From Gemmatimonadota bacterium (lineage in GTDB: Bacteria; Gemmatimonadota; Gemmatimonadetes; Gemmatimonadales; GWC2-71-9): 64,000 bases of DNA. Made by a program: the position numbers and the translations under genes. Shown one piece after another: positions 9,205 to 19,895 of the stretch. The stretch is from NCBI GenBank assembly GCA_009692185.1, contig SHZT01000005.1, positions 84,068-148,067 of the forward strand, in the 5' to 3' direction. Position 1 is the first letter of the stretch, and every line of letters starts with the position of its first letter. The notes below the pieces were generated by a model, which was not told the DNA's origin, made no database searches, and saw nothing but the letters and a program-made list of their open reading frames with translations.

Positions 9205-9392
9205 AGGGACGGTACTCCCGGGGCCTGCGCCCGTGCCGTTGCGCTTGTTGTGAGCGATTTAACGTCCGTTCGCGCTTGAGTTAGTGTAGTCCAAGTACAG
9301 AATTCGTCAATTCGTCACTAAATTACTGATTTCCAGAGGTTGTGTATTTCGGGTTTTGTTCGCGTGCCACCCATGGGTACATTACCCACCTC

Positions 9393-10592
9393 ATGCCCAC
9401 TTCCCGCGCCCGTCTCAGCGTCATTTTCCTGACCGTCTTCATCGACCTGGTAGGGTTCGGGCTCATCATGCCCATTCTCCCATTCTACGCGCAGAAATTC
9501 GGCGTGGCGGGGTTCGGGTTCGGGGCGCTCCTGAGCATCTACTCGCTCATGCAGTTCGTGGCGACCCAGATCCTCGGCCGCCTGTCCGACCAGCACGGGC
9601 GCCGGCCGCTGCTGCTCATCACCATCCTCTTCTCAGGCGCGGGATACGTCCTGTTCGCGCTGGCCGGCTCATTCGGCATGCTGTTCTTCGCGCGCCTCAT
9701 CTCGGGGTTCTCGGGCGGCAACATCTCCGTCGCGCAAGCATACATCGCCGATGTGACGAGCCCCGCCGAGCGTTCGCGTGGAATGGGCATGATCGGCGCG
9801 GCGTTCGGGTTGGGATTCGTGGTGGGGCCTGCCTTGGGCGGGCTCGCGGGACACTACCTGGGTCCGACGGCCCCCGCGTGGACGGCTGCTGCGCTGTGTG
9901 CGGTGAACCTGGTGTCCGCCTGGTTCGTGTTGCCCGAGTCCTTGCACAGCGATCACCGCTCGACAGGGCCGTTCTTCGACATCGGGCCGCTCCGCCGCGC
10001 GATCTCCAACCCGCGCCTGGCACCCGTGATCGGGTGGTGGGTCTTCGCGCCGCTCGCATTCTCGGGCTACATGGTCGCGACCCCGCTCTACACCTCGGCG
10101 CGGTTCGGCTGGCACGAAAAGGAACTGGGCTGGTTCTTCACCATCGTCGGGATCACCGCCGCGGCCGTGCAAGGCTATTTCTTCGGCCGGCTCACCCGAA
10201 GGTTCGGTGACCGCCCCCTGCTCATCCTCGGCACGGCCGGCATGGTACTCGGAATCCTGGTTGTACCGTTCGCGCCCACTGCCATCGCGCTTTACGGCTT
10301 CACATTCGTACTGGCATTCGCGAACAGCATCGCGGCCCCGGCGGCGAGCGGCCTCGTGTCTCGCTTCGCCGGCCCCACCGAGCAGGGCACCATGCTCGGC
10401 GCCGCCCAGGCATTGTCCGCCCTCGCCCGCCTGCTGGGCCCGGTGTCCATCGGAACGGTGTACGACGTCTGGAGCCCGCGAGCGGCCTACTTCATCGCCG
10501 CGAGCATCATGCTTGTCGCCTGCATCTCCACCACGCGCGTACCGCTCGAGAAAACAGCCGGCCACGTCGCGCCGCTTCCCGGGGGGTCGTGA
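9393..10592 (+). CDS. MFS transporter (DHA1 / Tet-like drug:H+ antiporter family)
   Basis: The start is taken at ATG 9393 (MPTSRARLSVIFLTVFIDLVGFGLIMPILP). The MFS motif GRLSDQHGRRPLL is present, with about 12 TM segments. Confidence 0.85.
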   Translation: MPTSRARLSVIFLTVFIDLVGFGLIMPILPFYAQKFGVAGFGFGALLSIYSLMQFVATQILGRLSDQHGRRPLLLITILFSGAGYVLFALAGSFGMLFFARLISGFSGGNISVAQAYIADVTSPAERSRGMGMIGAAFGLGFVVGPALGGLAGHYLGPTAPAWTAAALCAVNLVSAWFVLPESLHSDHRSTGPFFDIGPLRRAISNPRLAPVIGWWVFAPLAFSGYMVATPLYTSARFGWHEKELGWFFTIVGITAAAVQGYFFGRLTRRFGDRPLLILGTAGMVLGILVVPFAPTAIALYGFTFVLAFANSIAAPAASGLVSRFAGPTEQGTMLGAAQALSALARLLGPVSIGTVYDVWSPRAAYFIAASIMLVACISTTRVPLEKTAGHVAPLPGGS

Positions 10593-11155
10593 CCGAGGTT
10601 ACGCGGTGCGGGTGGATCAAGGACCCGCTCATGATGCGCTACCACGACGAGGAGTGGGGCCTGCCGGTCCACGACGACCGCAGGCACCACGAGTTCCTCA
10701 TTCTCGATGCGTTCCAGGCCGGGCTCTCGTGGGCGATCATTCTGAAAAAACGGGAGGGATTCCGCGCGGCGTTCGCGGACTTCGACCCCGAGCGGGTCGC
10801 CCGGTTTACGCCTGCGCGGGTCCAGAAAATCCTCAAGGACCCGTGGATCATCCGCAACAAGCTCAAGGTCGCCTGCGCGGTGACGAACGCCCGGGCCTTC
10901 CTCCGGATTCAGGAGGAGTTCGGCACGTTCGACCAGTTCATCTGGCAGTTCACCAGGGGCGAGACCATCCAGAACCGTCGGCGCTCACTCAAGGAAGTCC
11001 CGCCCCGCACCCGTGAATCAGACGCGATGAGCAAGGCGCTCATCGAGCGCGGGTTCAAGTTCGCCGGCTCGACGATCTGCTACGCGTACATGCAGGGGGC
11101 AGGCATGGTGAACGACCACGTGGTCAGTTGTTTCCGTCACGCACAACTGAAGTAA
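10589..11155 (+). CDS. tag: DNA-3-methyladenine glycosylase I
   Basis: RCGWIKDPLMMRYHDEEWGLPVHDDRRHHEFLILDAFQAGLSW matches the Tag family. The GTG start overlaps the MFS stop (GTGA). Confidence 0.9.
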   Translation: MTEVTRCGWIKDPLMMRYHDEEWGLPVHDDRRHHEFLILDAFQAGLSWAIILKKREGFRAAFADFDPERVARFTPARVQKILKDPWIIRNKLKVACAVTNARAFLRIQEEFGTFDQFIWQFTRGETIQNRRRSLKEVPPRTRESDAMSKALIERGFKFAGSTICYAYMQGAGMVNDHVVSCFRHAQLK

Positions 11156-12209
11156 CGCGCCCAAACGGGTCGCCCCTTCCCGATTTCACCAGTTCGGCGA
11201 TCACCCGCACCGTCCGGCGAACGTCCCCTCCCTGCTCCACCAGCATCCGGTCGAACACGTGGAGCCGCGCGCGGTAGATCCTCGCCGCTATGACGGTCGC
11301 GTTGTTGAGTTCGCGGCCGGCAAACCATTCCGCGCGATACGATTCGAATGTCGGGCCGACCGTCTTGGCCATCCGTTCCTGCGCGCGCTGAAACGCTTCG
11401 GTACGGGACCCAAGCTTGACGGAGTCGGCGACGGGCAACGCATAGACCGAATCGAGTACGCGTGAAAGCCCGGTGTAGAACTCACCCAGCCGCATCTCGT
11501 CCCGCCACTCCGCCGCGGCCTGGTTCGCCAGCGCGGTTTCGCCGCACGAGCGAAAGAACGCCTCCGCTCCCTTGAGTCCCACGAAGTTGGCGAAGCTCTC
11601 GTCGAACTCGGTGGCACTCGGTACGTAGAGCGTGTTGTGGGAGATCTCGTGAATGACCGTGGACACGAGAGCGACTGAGTCCCGCGCCAGGGCGCTCGAC
11701 ACCAGCGGGTCGCTGAACCAGCCAAGCGTGGAGAAGGCGCCCGCGGGGCGTACGTAGGTGTCCAGGCCTAAGGCCTCGAGCCGTCCCGCCGCAGCGAGCG
11801 CGGCGTCGAGACTGAAGTAGCCGTGATACGGGACCGATCCGACGATCGGGAACCACCACGAGTACACGGCAAGCTTGAGGCGCGGGCTCGCCGACAGCAC
11901 CAGCACCAGCGTGTCGCGGCCAATGTCCGCGTACGTCGTGTACGTGTCCCCGGCCTCGAGCCCAAGCGAGTCGGCAGCGAACGCCCGCGCGGCGAGAACC
12001 AGCGCAAACCGGTCGCGGAGCGCCAGCCGGGTGGCCGGATCAGCAACCAGACGTTCGAGGGAGCGGCGGCGGGAGAGGAGCCGCCCCTCTTCGTACCCCG
12101 CGCGGAACAGGAACCGGATTTCGGCGGACGCGAGTGCAGCGATTCCAACACCTACAACCAGCGCGAGCATCGCACCCAGCGCCCAGCGGAGCAGGCGCCG
12201 GCGCGCCAT
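11124..12209 (-). CDS. predicted aminopeptidase (DUF2265/Aminopep family zinc peptidase)
   Basis: ATG 12209 gives a signal-anchor MARRRLLRWALGAMLALVVG. The family pattern is WWFPIVGSVPYHGYF...STLGWFSDPL...VIHEISHN...FDESFANFVG. The upstream extension in the track ORF is Arg-rich non-coding-looking sequence. Confidence 0.72.
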   Translation of the reverse strand: MARRRLLRWALGAMLALVVGVGIAALASAEIRFLFRAGYEEGRLLSRRRSLERLVADPATRLALRDRFALVLAARAFAADSLGLEAGDTYTTYADIGRDTLVLVLSASPRLKLAVYSWWFPIVGSVPYHGYFSLDAALAAAGRLEALGLDTYVRPAGAFSTLGWFSDPLVSSALARDSVALVSTVIHEISHNTLYVPSATEFDESFANFVGLKGAEAFFRSCGETALANQAAAEWRDEMRLGEFYTGLSRVLDSVYALPVADSVKLGSRTEAFQRAQERMAKTVGPTFESYRAEWFAGRELNNATVIAARIYRARLHVFDRMLVEQGGDVRRTVRVIAELVKSGRGDPFGRVTSVVRDGNN

Positions 12210-13087
12210 CAAAATGCCAGCCTGATACCGATCCGGTGACGCGAATCCGGCAGGGCGGGCTGGGGCTCGAACGCGTAGTCGAAGATCACCCGCGCCATGA
12301 CGACGCTCCCGCCATAGGTGACTGCGGCCGGCTGGTAGTCGGCCCAGCGGGAGCCGTAGGCCAAGCGGCCCACCACGCCGATGCCCTTGATCACCGTCCC
12401 GGCCTCGCCGCCGATTACAACGCGGGACCCCCGCGTCTCCGGCCATTGGACCTCGAGGATCGAGCGCAGCCGGAAGCTTTCCTGGGGATCCACGTAGTTC
12501 ATGGTAAACCCGAACCGGCTGAGCCGCGGGAGCGCGATGCCCGACGCACTCCGCAGGTTGCCGCCGACGTTCTGCACCGAGAACGCGAGAGCCAGGATAT
12601 CAAACACCGCGACCGCCAGCCCAAGGTCCGCGCCGAGTGCACGTTCCCGAACGCCCGCCGTATTCACGGTCAGGTTCTTGCCGGACACGCCGAGGGAAAT
12701 CAGGCCGAACCGGTACACGACCGAACCAACGGCGAGCATTTCAGTGTAGCGCGGACCGGTGCTGGCCGGCCCGAGGTACTGCACGCCGCCGCCCACGTCG
12801 AACTGCCGGAGCCGCCAGGCGCCGGCCGCCGTCGCCACGTACTCGCCCGTTGTGGTGCGCCGGTAGGCGCCTTCCGCGGAGATGTGCCGGATGATCGCGA
12901 GCCCGGTGGGATTGCTGAACACCGCCGCGGCGTCCCCCATGAGGGAAGCGGCCGCGCCATTGAGGCCCGCGGACCGGGTTGACCCGGGAAGCCGGAGAAC
13001 AAGCGGGGCAATTGTTTGCGCGCAGAGCGGACCCGCGCCCGCGGCGATCAACACGGCCAGCATGACCTGCCGCGCCGGGAGGTTCAT
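12209..13087 (-). CDS. outer-membrane beta-barrel protein (PorV/PorQ- or FadL-like signature), function unknown
   Basis: ATG 13087 gives the signal peptide MNLPARQVMLAVLIAAGAGPLCAQ. It has alternating beta-strand patterning and ends ...IGIRLAF (a C-terminal aromatic residue typical of OMPs). Its stop overlaps the next gene's start (ATGA). Confidence 0.5.
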   Translation of the reverse strand: MNLPARQVMLAVLIAAGAGPLCAQTIAPLVLRLPGSTRSAGLNGAAASLMGDAAAVFSNPTGLAIIRHISAEGAYRRTTTGEYVATAAGAWRLRQFDVGGGVQYLGPASTGPRYTEMLAVGSVVYRFGLISLGVSGKNLTVNTAGVRERALGADLGLAVAVFDILALAFSVQNVGGNLRSASGIALPRLSRFGFTMNYVDPQESFRLRSILEVQWPETRGSRVVIGGEAGTVIKGIGVVGRLAYGSRWADYQPAAVTYGGSVVMARVIFDYAFEPQPALPDSRHRIGIRLAF

Positions 13088-13094
13088 GCGCCGG

Positions 13095-15308
13095 TCACTT
13101 GATCCGTACGACGTTGAGCCGGGCGACAACGGTTGGCGGTAACGCCAGCCCGGCTGGATCGGTGAGCCGCACCCCAAACCCGCGCTGGCCCGCGGCCTGC
13201 GTCACACGGAAGTAGTCCCCCGAGCCGGCGCGCACCGTTCCCGTTGCCGTGAACGAGCCGCCGCTGAAGATCTGCGGCACGAGCGGGAAGGGACGGTCGT
13301 ACCTGGAGGGTTGCTGCGCGTTCAGCGACGCATAGGTCGTGCGAAACGCCCAGCTCTCGTACCGGAGGCGCGCTGGCGCGGTGAAGCCCGGAAGGTCGGA
13401 CGTGTAATTGGCGAGAAACCATTCTCCCAGGAGGCGCGACACCGGCTCGCCGACGGCGGCCGCGATATTCTCGGCGCCGATGAGGCGCGACTCCTCCAGC
13501 CGGCGCATCGTGCTGATGCCGAAGCGGTCCACGATCCAGCGGAGAAACAGCCACTCGCCACCCCGCTCCGCCAGGAGGCCGGAGCCGGCATCGAACAGGA
13601 CGAAGTACGAGCCCGGGGCCTTGAGGTACTGGTACGCGTTGAAGAGGTTGCCGATCACGAAATCGCTGTAGGCTTGCTGCTGGCCGAGCTGTTGATACCT
13701 GAGCCCGCCGATCTCCTCGGCGAGGTGGGACATGCCCTCGTTGAGCCAGACCTCCTCTGCCGGCGCCCGCCGAATGAGCACATGCTGGTTGTAGTTGATC
13801 ATGTGCTGGAATTCGTGGATGAACGTCGAGGGCACGACCCGCTGGACCTGCGCCTTGGTGACCGCGCACGATGCCGATCCTCCCGCGTCCGGCGTCAGCG
13901 CGTAAAACATCTCGGCCTGGTTTGCCCGCTGGTCGGCGTTGAACAGTGGGTCAAGATCGATGCCGAAGAAGAACCCCGTGACCACCGACGTCGCGCACTG
14001 ATCCCGCGGCGTAATGCCGTTGACCACCGGCGTGAACAGGATGAACACCTTGCCGTTTCCATCGATGTCGGACTCGACGCCGAAGGTGCGCGTATCGAGA
14101 TCGTAGATCACCTGATCAAACCCGTCGCCCAAGGTCGTGAACTCGTCGTCCGTGAACCCGCCGGCCGGGGCGGCGACATCCTGGAACACCACGATGTGAT
14201 CGCCCACGTACTTCGCCTGCGCCTCGATCTTGCTGAAGTCGGCCGGGGGGCTGCAGCCGAACTTGTTGCAGACCTTGAAGCTCTTCTTGTCACCCACCTT
14301 GATCGCGGCAACTGCGGCCGACCCGGAGACCGGCTGCGTCAACAGGACCTCCGGCCGGTTGGGCGCAAGCGAAATCTTCCGTTCGGTTTCCCGCAGGAAT
14401 CGGTGAAAGGCGTCGGCTCCGCTCTCGTCCCTCGCGTCCCTGCCGGGGGAAACCACCAGGGTGACCGTCGAGTCGCCGGTCATGCGGTAGGCGGCGTTCA
14501 GGCCAACGGTCCCGGCCGCGCTCTGGGGCGCCAGGAGGTATTCGGCTCCACCAGCGCCCGCCGTGGGGAACGTCGCGCACCCCGAAGCGAGCTGAGCCGG
14601 ATCGATCATGGCGTACTCGCCCACGGCCAGCGTCACCGCTCCGCTCGAGGCGACGTACGTGGCAGCTTTGAGGTTCGACCCCGCTCCGGCCACCCGCACC
14701 TGGAAATTCACCGCGCCGGGCGCGAGACAGAGGGGTGTCACGGCCGTAATGGTCGTCGCGGTCGCGGCGGTCACCCGCGCGGGAGCGCCGGACACATCCA
14801 CCAGCGGGGACGTCGTGAAACCGGAACCCTGAATGGTTACGACCGTGCCGCCCGTCACCTGCGTGGGCGAAATGGTGGAAATGACCGGCGGCGCGGTGGC
14901 GGACGCCACCAGCGTTGTCGTACGGCTCACCGTGATCACGAGCTCCGCGTCCACGTTGTAAAGCCCGGGGGTGGGCGGCAGCGTGTAGTCCACCTGCGCC
15001 CGGCCGGTTCCGTCCGACACGGTAATCGAATCGGAGAGTGCGCCTCCGCTTGACACCGGCTTCCACCGAACCCGGATGCGCGGCACCGGCACGCCGTCCT
15101 TGGTCAACACCATCACGGCAAGCGGCGCCGGCAGCCGCGCGCCTGCCGGCGCGGTTTGCGCGTCACTCGCCACAACCTTGACGATCTGGTCAGGGGCGAC
15201 ATCGGAGGGGTCGTTCTTGCAGCCCAGGACGGAAAAGCCACTGGCGAACGCCAGCCATGCAGCGATGCGACGAGACGTCAACAGCGGCCTCCAAGAGGGG
15301 GTTTGCAA
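13095..15308 (-). CDS. secreted zinc metalloprotease lipoprotein with Ig-like (IPT/TIG-type) repeats
   Basis: 737 aa. Lipoprotein signal ..LAFASGFSVLGC. Two or three Ig-like modules in the N-terminal third (e.g. PVISTISPTQVTGGTVVTIQGSGF). HExxH motif FIHEFQHMINYN, possibly M30/hyicolysin-like. A family-level call needs an HMM search. Confidence 0.68.
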   Translation of the reverse strand: MQTPSWRPLLTSRRIAAWLAFASGFSVLGCKNDPSDVAPDQIVKVVASDAQTAPAGARLPAPLAVMVLTKDGVPVPRIRVRWKPVSSGGALSDSITVSDGTGRAQVDYTLPPTPGLYNVDAELVITVSRTTTLVASATAPPVISTISPTQVTGGTVVTIQGSGFTTSPLVDVSGAPARVTAATATTITAVTPLCLAPGAVNFQVRVAGAGSNLKAATYVASSGAVTLAVGEYAMIDPAQLASGCATFPTAGAGGAEYLLAPQSAAGTVGLNAAYRMTGDSTVTLVVSPGRDARDESGADAFHRFLRETERKISLAPNRPEVLLTQPVSGSAAVAAIKVGDKKSFKVCNKFGCSPPADFSKIEAQAKYVGDHIVVFQDVAAPAGGFTDDEFTTLGDGFDQVIYDLDTRTFGVESDIDGNGKVFILFTPVVNGITPRDQCATSVVTGFFFGIDLDPLFNADQRANQAEMFYALTPDAGGSASCAVTKAQVQRVVPSTFIHEFQHMINYNQHVLIRRAPAEEVWLNEGMSHLAEEIGGLRYQQLGQQQAYSDFVIGNLFNAYQYLKAPGSYFVLFDAGSGLLAERGGEWLFLRWIVDRFGISTMRRLEESRLIGAENIAAAVGEPVSRLLGEWFLANYTSDLPGFTAPARLRYESWAFRTTYASLNAQQPSRYDRPFPLVPQIFSGGSFTATGTVRAGSGDYFRVTQAAGQRGFGVRLTDPAGLALPPTVVARLNVVRIK

Positions 15309-15437
15309 AGTACCCGGAACGCCCTTGCAAGTTTCCCCGGGAGGTTCCGCAAGCGGCGCCTAACTCTGTACGTTAGACCAACATACGGCGCTCGACGGCC
15401 TTTTGACAACGCCCATGAAGCGGCATACCTTGAGTCC

Positions 15438-18400
15438 GTGAGCTTCGTTCATCTCCATACACATTCCGAATACTCCCTCCTTGACGGCGCCAACCGGATC
15501 CCTGATCTGGTGGGTCGCATTGCCGACCTCGGGATGGACAGCCTTGCCGTCACCGACCACGGCAACCTCCACGCCGCCTGCGCCTTCTATAAGGAAGCGC
15601 GCGCCCGGAAGATCCGGCCGATCCTCGGGTTCGAAGCCTACATGGCGTTCGGCCCGCGGCAGTCGCGCGAGCGCCCGGCCGGCGCACCCGCCAACTACTC
15701 GCACCTCGTCCTCCTCGCGCGGAATCGGGCCGGCTACCAGAACCTGATCAAGCTCGCATCCATCGGCTATCTCGAGGGATTCCACCGCCGCCCCCGCATC
15801 GACAAGGAGGCGCTCGCCGAGCACAGCGAGGGGATCGTGTGCCTGGCCGCGTGTCTGTCGGGCGAAGTCGCACTCTGGCTCCGCCAGGGGAACTTCGAAG
15901 AGGCCAAGCGATCCGCCGAGTGGTTCGCGACGACGTTCGGGAAGCAGGGCTTCTGGCTGGAAGTGCAGAACCATGGCATCCCCGATGAGCGGATCGTGGC
16001 CGAGGGAATGTTCCGCCTCGCGACCGAGCTGGGCATTCCCGTGGTCGCCACCAACGACGCGCACTACCTCCGGCGGGAAGACGCCCAGGCCCACGACGTC
16101 CTGCTCGCCATCGGCACGGGGAAGGAACTGGACGACCCGACGCGGTTCCGGTTCACCGGCGAAGAGAGCTACGTCAAGTCGGAATCCGAAATGGCCGCGC
16201 TGTTCCCCGGCCAGGCCGAGGCGCTCGCCAACACCCAGCGCGTGGCCGACCTCTGCGAGTTCGATTTCGAGAAGCGGTACTTCCTCCCGGTATTCCCGCT
16301 TCCGCCCGGATACAAGTCCGACAACGACCTGCTGGTGGAGCTCGCGACCGCCGGCGCGCACCGGCGCTACGGCGCGACGCTTCCCGCACCCGTCGAAGAG
16401 CGCCTCAAGTACGAACTGGGCGTCATCACCAGCACCGGCTACGCGGGCTACTTCCTGATCGTCCAGGATTTCATCCGTGCGGCGCGGGAACGTGGCATAC
16501 CGGTGGGGCCCGGCCGCGGCTCCTCCGCCGGCTCGCTCGTCGCGTATTCGCTCTGGATCACCAACGTGGACCCGCTCAAGTTCGACCTGCTGTTCGAGCG
16601 GTTCCTGAATCCCGAACGCATTTCGATGCCCGATATCGACGTGGACTTCTGCTTTGAGCGCCGGGGCGAAGTCATCGAGTACGTGCGCCAGCGCTACGGA
16701 CGCACCAGCGTCGGCCAGATCATCACGTTCGGGACGCTCAAGGCCCGGGCCGCCGTCAAGGATGTGGCACGGCTGCTTCGCGTGTCCCCCGCGGACGCCG
16801 ACCGCATTACCAAGCTCATTCCCTCCGGCCCGGCGTATGCGCTGTCCGTGGCGGAGGCGGTAAAGAAGGTTCCCGAACTGGCCGAGCTCGTCCGGAAGGA
16901 CCGCGTCATCGAGCGGCTGGCGAATCTCGCCCAGCGCATCGAGGGCATTTCGCGCCACGCGTCGGTGCATGCGGCGGGTATCGTGATCGCCCCGGGCCCG
17001 CTCGCCGACTACGTGCCGGTCTGCACCCAGCCGCAGAAAGGCGGCGGCAACGGCACCACCGAGGCGCCGGACGAAGCCATCATCACGCAGTACGACATGA
17101 ACGGCCTCGAGCAGGTCGGCATGCTGAAGATGGACTTCCTCGGCCTGACGACCCTCACGGTCATCCACGACGCCATCGAGGCCATCAAGACGCGGCACGG
17201 CGTCGTCGTGGATACCGACGCGCTGGACCTCGACGATCCGCCCGTCTACGAAATGCTCCGCGCGGGACGCACGGCCGGCGTATTCCAGTTCGAGTCTCCG
17301 CTTGCCACGGACACGTTGCGCCAGCTGCGCGCCGACAGTTTCAACGACCTCGTGGCGGTCAACGCGCTCATGCGCCCGGGGCCGCTGGACTCGGGCATGC
17401 ACCTCGTCTACATCCGGCGGAAGAAAGGCCTGGAACCGGTCCGCTTCCCTCACCCGCTCCTGAAGGACGTGCTCGCGCCCACCTACGGCGTGATCGTGTA
17501 CCAGGAACAGGTGATGCGCATCGCCAACGTGCTCGCCGGGTACAGCCTCGGCGAAGCCGACGTAATGCGCAAAGCCGTGGGGAAGAAGGACGCCGAGCTC
17601 CTCCAGAAGGAGCTCAAGGGTTTCGTCGAGCGCGCGGTCGCGCAGGGACACGACCGACGGGTCATCGAGGAGATCTCGGCACAAATCGAGACCTTCGGCC
17701 GCTACGGGTTCCCCAAGGCGCACTCGGTCGCGTATTCGATTCTCTCGTTCCAGACCGCGTGGCTCAAGCGGCACTACCCGGCCGAGTTCCTCGCGGCCAT
17801 GCTCTCGGCGGAAATCGGCGACTCGGACCGGGTCGTCGAGTACATCAACGAGGCCCGGGAGCTGGGCCTCAACGTTCTCCCTCCCTCCGTTACCGAGTCC
17901 GGCTGGAAGTTCACCGTCACCAACGACACCGAGATCCGGTTCGGCCTGGGCGCGGTGCGGAACGTGGGACGCGGCGCCATCGAGTCCATCATCGGCGCGC
18001 GGAAAGACGGACCCTACGCCTCGCTCGCCGACTTCTGCCAGCGCGTGGACTTGAGGGCCTGCAACAAGCGCGTCGTCGAGTCGCTCATCGCCGCCGGTGC
18101 GCTGGACCAGTTCGGCGGCCACCGCGCCCAGCTCATCGCCATGCTCGACCGCACACTGGGCGAGGCCCAGCTCCAGCAGCAGGAGCGCGACGCCGGCCAG
18201 GTCTCGATGTTCGGCGACGGGAATGACCAACCCAAGGCGTCCGAACCCGTGCCCGACGTCGCGCCGTGGTCCGAGGCGGAGCGGCTCACCCGGGAGAAGG
18301 AAGTCATCGGGTTCTTTATTTCCGGTCACCCGCTCGAGCGGTTCCGGGAGGAAGTCGGCCTGTTCGGCTCCCGCACCACCGCCACGCTCGGCGCCTGGAG

Positions 18401-18923
18401 CGAACACCAGGTGACCGCCGCCGCGGTGGTCACGGCGGTCAAGCGGCAGATCAGCCGGAAGAGCGGTGCGGAGTACGCGCGCCTGACGCTGGAGGATTTT
18501 CACGGCACGGCCGAGGCGATCGTATTCCCCGAGGCCTGGGCGCGGCTCGCCAGAGTAATCACACCGGACGCGGTTCTGCTCCTGAACGGGGGCTACAGCA
18601 AGCGTGACCAGGGGGAGGACCGCGCACCGTTCATCGTGGAATCCGCCCAGCCGCTCGCGGACCTGCGCGTGAGCGGCGCGGTCGGCCTGGCCCTTACGTG
18701 GACGGCCGGCGTCGGTCCGGAAGCGGACGTAACCCGCACCGCGCTTGCGCTGTGCGCCGCCCACCCCGGGCCGGCGCCGGTGTTCGTGGAGTGGAGCGAC
18801 GGCAACGGACACCAGGCCCGGTTGCGGTCCCGCCGTCTCCGGGTGGAACTTGAGGAGGAATTGCTGAATGGCCTTCGGGACGTCCTGGGGGCTGAACGCG
18901 TACGGCTGGTTCGGGCGCGCTAG
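15438..18923 (+). CDS. dnaE: DNA polymerase III alpha subunit
   Basis: GTG 15438 gives [18 protein letters not shown], the canonical PHP-domain N-terminus. It is 1161 aa with polymerase core motifs ([26 protein letters not shown]) and an OB fold near the C-terminus. Confidence 0.96.
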   Translation: MSFVHLHTHSEYSLLDGANRIPDLVGRIADLGMDSLAVTDHGNLHAACAFYKEARARKIRPILGFEAYMAFGPRQSRERPAGAPANYSHLVLLARNRAGYQNLIKLASIGYLEGFHRRPRIDKEALAEHSEGIVCLAACLSGEVALWLRQGNFEEAKRSAEWFATTFGKQGFWLEVQNHGIPDERIVAEGMFRLATELGIPVVATNDAHYLRREDAQAHDVLLAIGTGKELDDPTRFRFTGEESYVKSESEMAALFPGQAEALANTQRVADLCEFDFEKRYFLPVFPLPPGYKSDNDLLVELATAGAHRRYGATLPAPVEERLKYELGVITSTGYAGYFLIVQDFIRAARERGIPVGPGRGSSAGSLVAYSLWITNVDPLKFDLLFERFLNPERISMPDIDVDFCFERRGEVIEYVRQRYGRTSVGQIITFGTLKARAAVKDVARLLRVSPADADRITKLIPSGPAYALSVAEAVKKVPELAELVRKDRVIERLANLAQRIEGISRHASVHAAGIVIAPGPLADYVPVCTQPQKGGGNGTTEAPDEAIITQYDMNGLEQVGMLKMDFLGLTTLTVIHDAIEAIKTRHGVVVDTDALDLDDPPVYEMLRAGRTAGVFQFESPLATDTLRQLRADSFNDLVAVNALMRPGPLDSGMHLVYIRRKKGLEPVRFPHPLLKDVLAPTYGVIVYQEQVMRIANVLAGYSLGEADVMRKAVGKKDAELLQKELKGFVERAVAQGHDRRVIEEISAQIETFGRYGFPKAHSVAYSILSFQTAWLKRHYPAEFLAAMLSAEIGDSDRVVEYINEARELGLNVLPPSVTESGWKFTVTNDTEIRFGLGAVRNVGRGAIESIIGARKDGPYASLADFCQRVDLRACNKRVVESLIAAGALDQFGGHRAQLIAMLDRTLGEAQLQQQERDAGQVSMFGDGNDQPKASEPVPDVAPWSEAERLTREKEVIGFFISGHPLERFREEVGLFGSRTTATLGAWSEHQVTAAAVVTAVKRQISRKSGAEYARLTLEDFHGTAEAIVFPEAWARLARVITPDAVLLLNGGYSKRDQGEDRAPFIVESAQPLADLRVSGAVGLALTWTAGVGPEADVTRTALALCAAHPGPAPVFVEWSDGNGHQARLRSRRLRVELEEELLNGLRDVLGAERVRLVRAR

Positions 18924-18930
18924 GAGAATC

Positions 18931-19893
18931 GTGGCGACGGCGTACAACCTCGAGTTCGAAAAACCGCTCCTGGAGCTGGAAAAGCAGATCGCGCATCTCA
19001 AGCGGATGGCGCGCGACCAGCAGATTGATGTCGGTCGTGAAATCGCGCCGCTCGAGTCGAAACTCACGAGCCTCCGGCGCGAGATCTACGACGGCCTCAC
19101 TCCCCTCCAGCGGGTCCTCGTGGCGCGACACCCCAGCCGGCCGTATACGCTGGACTACCTGGATCTCACGTTTACCGACTTCATTGAGCTGCGCGGGGAC
19201 CGGCTCTTTCGCGACGACCCCGCGATCGTCGGGGGGTGGGCCCGGTTCCGTGGCCGCACCGTGATGGTCATCGGGCACCAGAAGGGGCGGGACACCAAGG
19301 AGAACCTCAAGCGCAACTTCGGCATGCCGCACCCCGAGGGTTACCGGAAGGCGCTCCGCTTGATGCGGATGGCCGAGCGGTTCCACGCGCCGGTCATTAC
19401 GCTCATCGACACGCCCGGCGCGTACCCCGGCCTGGGCGCCGAAGAGCGGGGGCAGGCCGAAGCCATCGCGAGGAACCTGGAAGACATGGCCTCGCTCAAG
19501 ACCGCGACCATCGCCGTCATCATCGGCGAAGGCGGCTCCGGCGGCGCCCTGGCCCTGGCCCTGGCCGATCGGGTCATGATGTTCGAGAACTCGGTCTATT
19601 CGGTGATCTCGCCCGAAGGGTGCGCCGCGATTCTCTGGCAGGATGCATCGCAGAAGGAACGCGCCGCGGAGGCCCTCAAGATCACCGCGCGCGATTTGCA
19701 GCAGCTCGGCGTGATTGACGACATCGTCCCCGAGCCGCCGGGCGGCGCTCATGCGGACCCCGAAGGGGCCGCCGAAGCGCTGTCCGAAGTGCTCGCCCGG
19801 CACCTCGCCGACCTCGACCGCGTTCCGGTCGACCGGCTGGTGCCGCTGCGGGCGGAGAAGTACCTGAAAATGGGACAGTTCACCGAGGACTGA
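18931..19893 (+). CDS. accA: acetyl-CoA carboxylase carboxyltransferase alpha subunit
   Basis: GTG 18931 is preceded by AGGAG (18922-18926). The N-terminus [18 protein letters not shown] matches AccA. The motifs IDTPGAYPG and [10 protein letters not shown] are present. Length is 320 aa. Confidence 0.93.
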   Translation: MATAYNLEFEKPLLELEKQIAHLKRMARDQQIDVGREIAPLESKLTSLRREIYDGLTPLQRVLVARHPSRPYTLDYLDLTFTDFIELRGDRLFRDDPAIVGGWARFRGRTVMVIGHQKGRDTKENLKRNFGMPHPEGYRKALRLMRMAERFHAPVITLIDTPGAYPGLGAEERGQAEAIARNLEDMASLKTATIAVIIGEGGSGGALALALADRVMMFENSVYSVISPEGCAAILWQDASQKERAAEALKITARDLQQLGVIDDIVPEPPGGAHADPEGAAEALSEVLARHLADLDRVPVDRLVPLRAEKYLKMGQFTED

Positions 19894-19895
19894 CA

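Noticed and set aside
9205-9260. Sigma-54 (GG-N10-GC) promoter upstream of glnK
   Set aside because: The best candidate on the minus strand (cGGCACgggcgcaGGC) has the GC element one nucleotide out of register and lacks the TTGC core. I do not consider it supported.
15360-19067. 1235-aa ORF on the minus strand, one of the longest in the track
   Set aside because: It is exactly antisense to dnaE and its product is Arg/Gly/Asp-rich low-complexity sequence with no motif. This is a typical shadow ORF in GC-rich DNA. The same applies to 29935-33495 (+) opposite the SusC-like gene, 13311-15053 (+), 2215-3645 (-), 38920-40035 (+), 58594-60570 (+) and similar.
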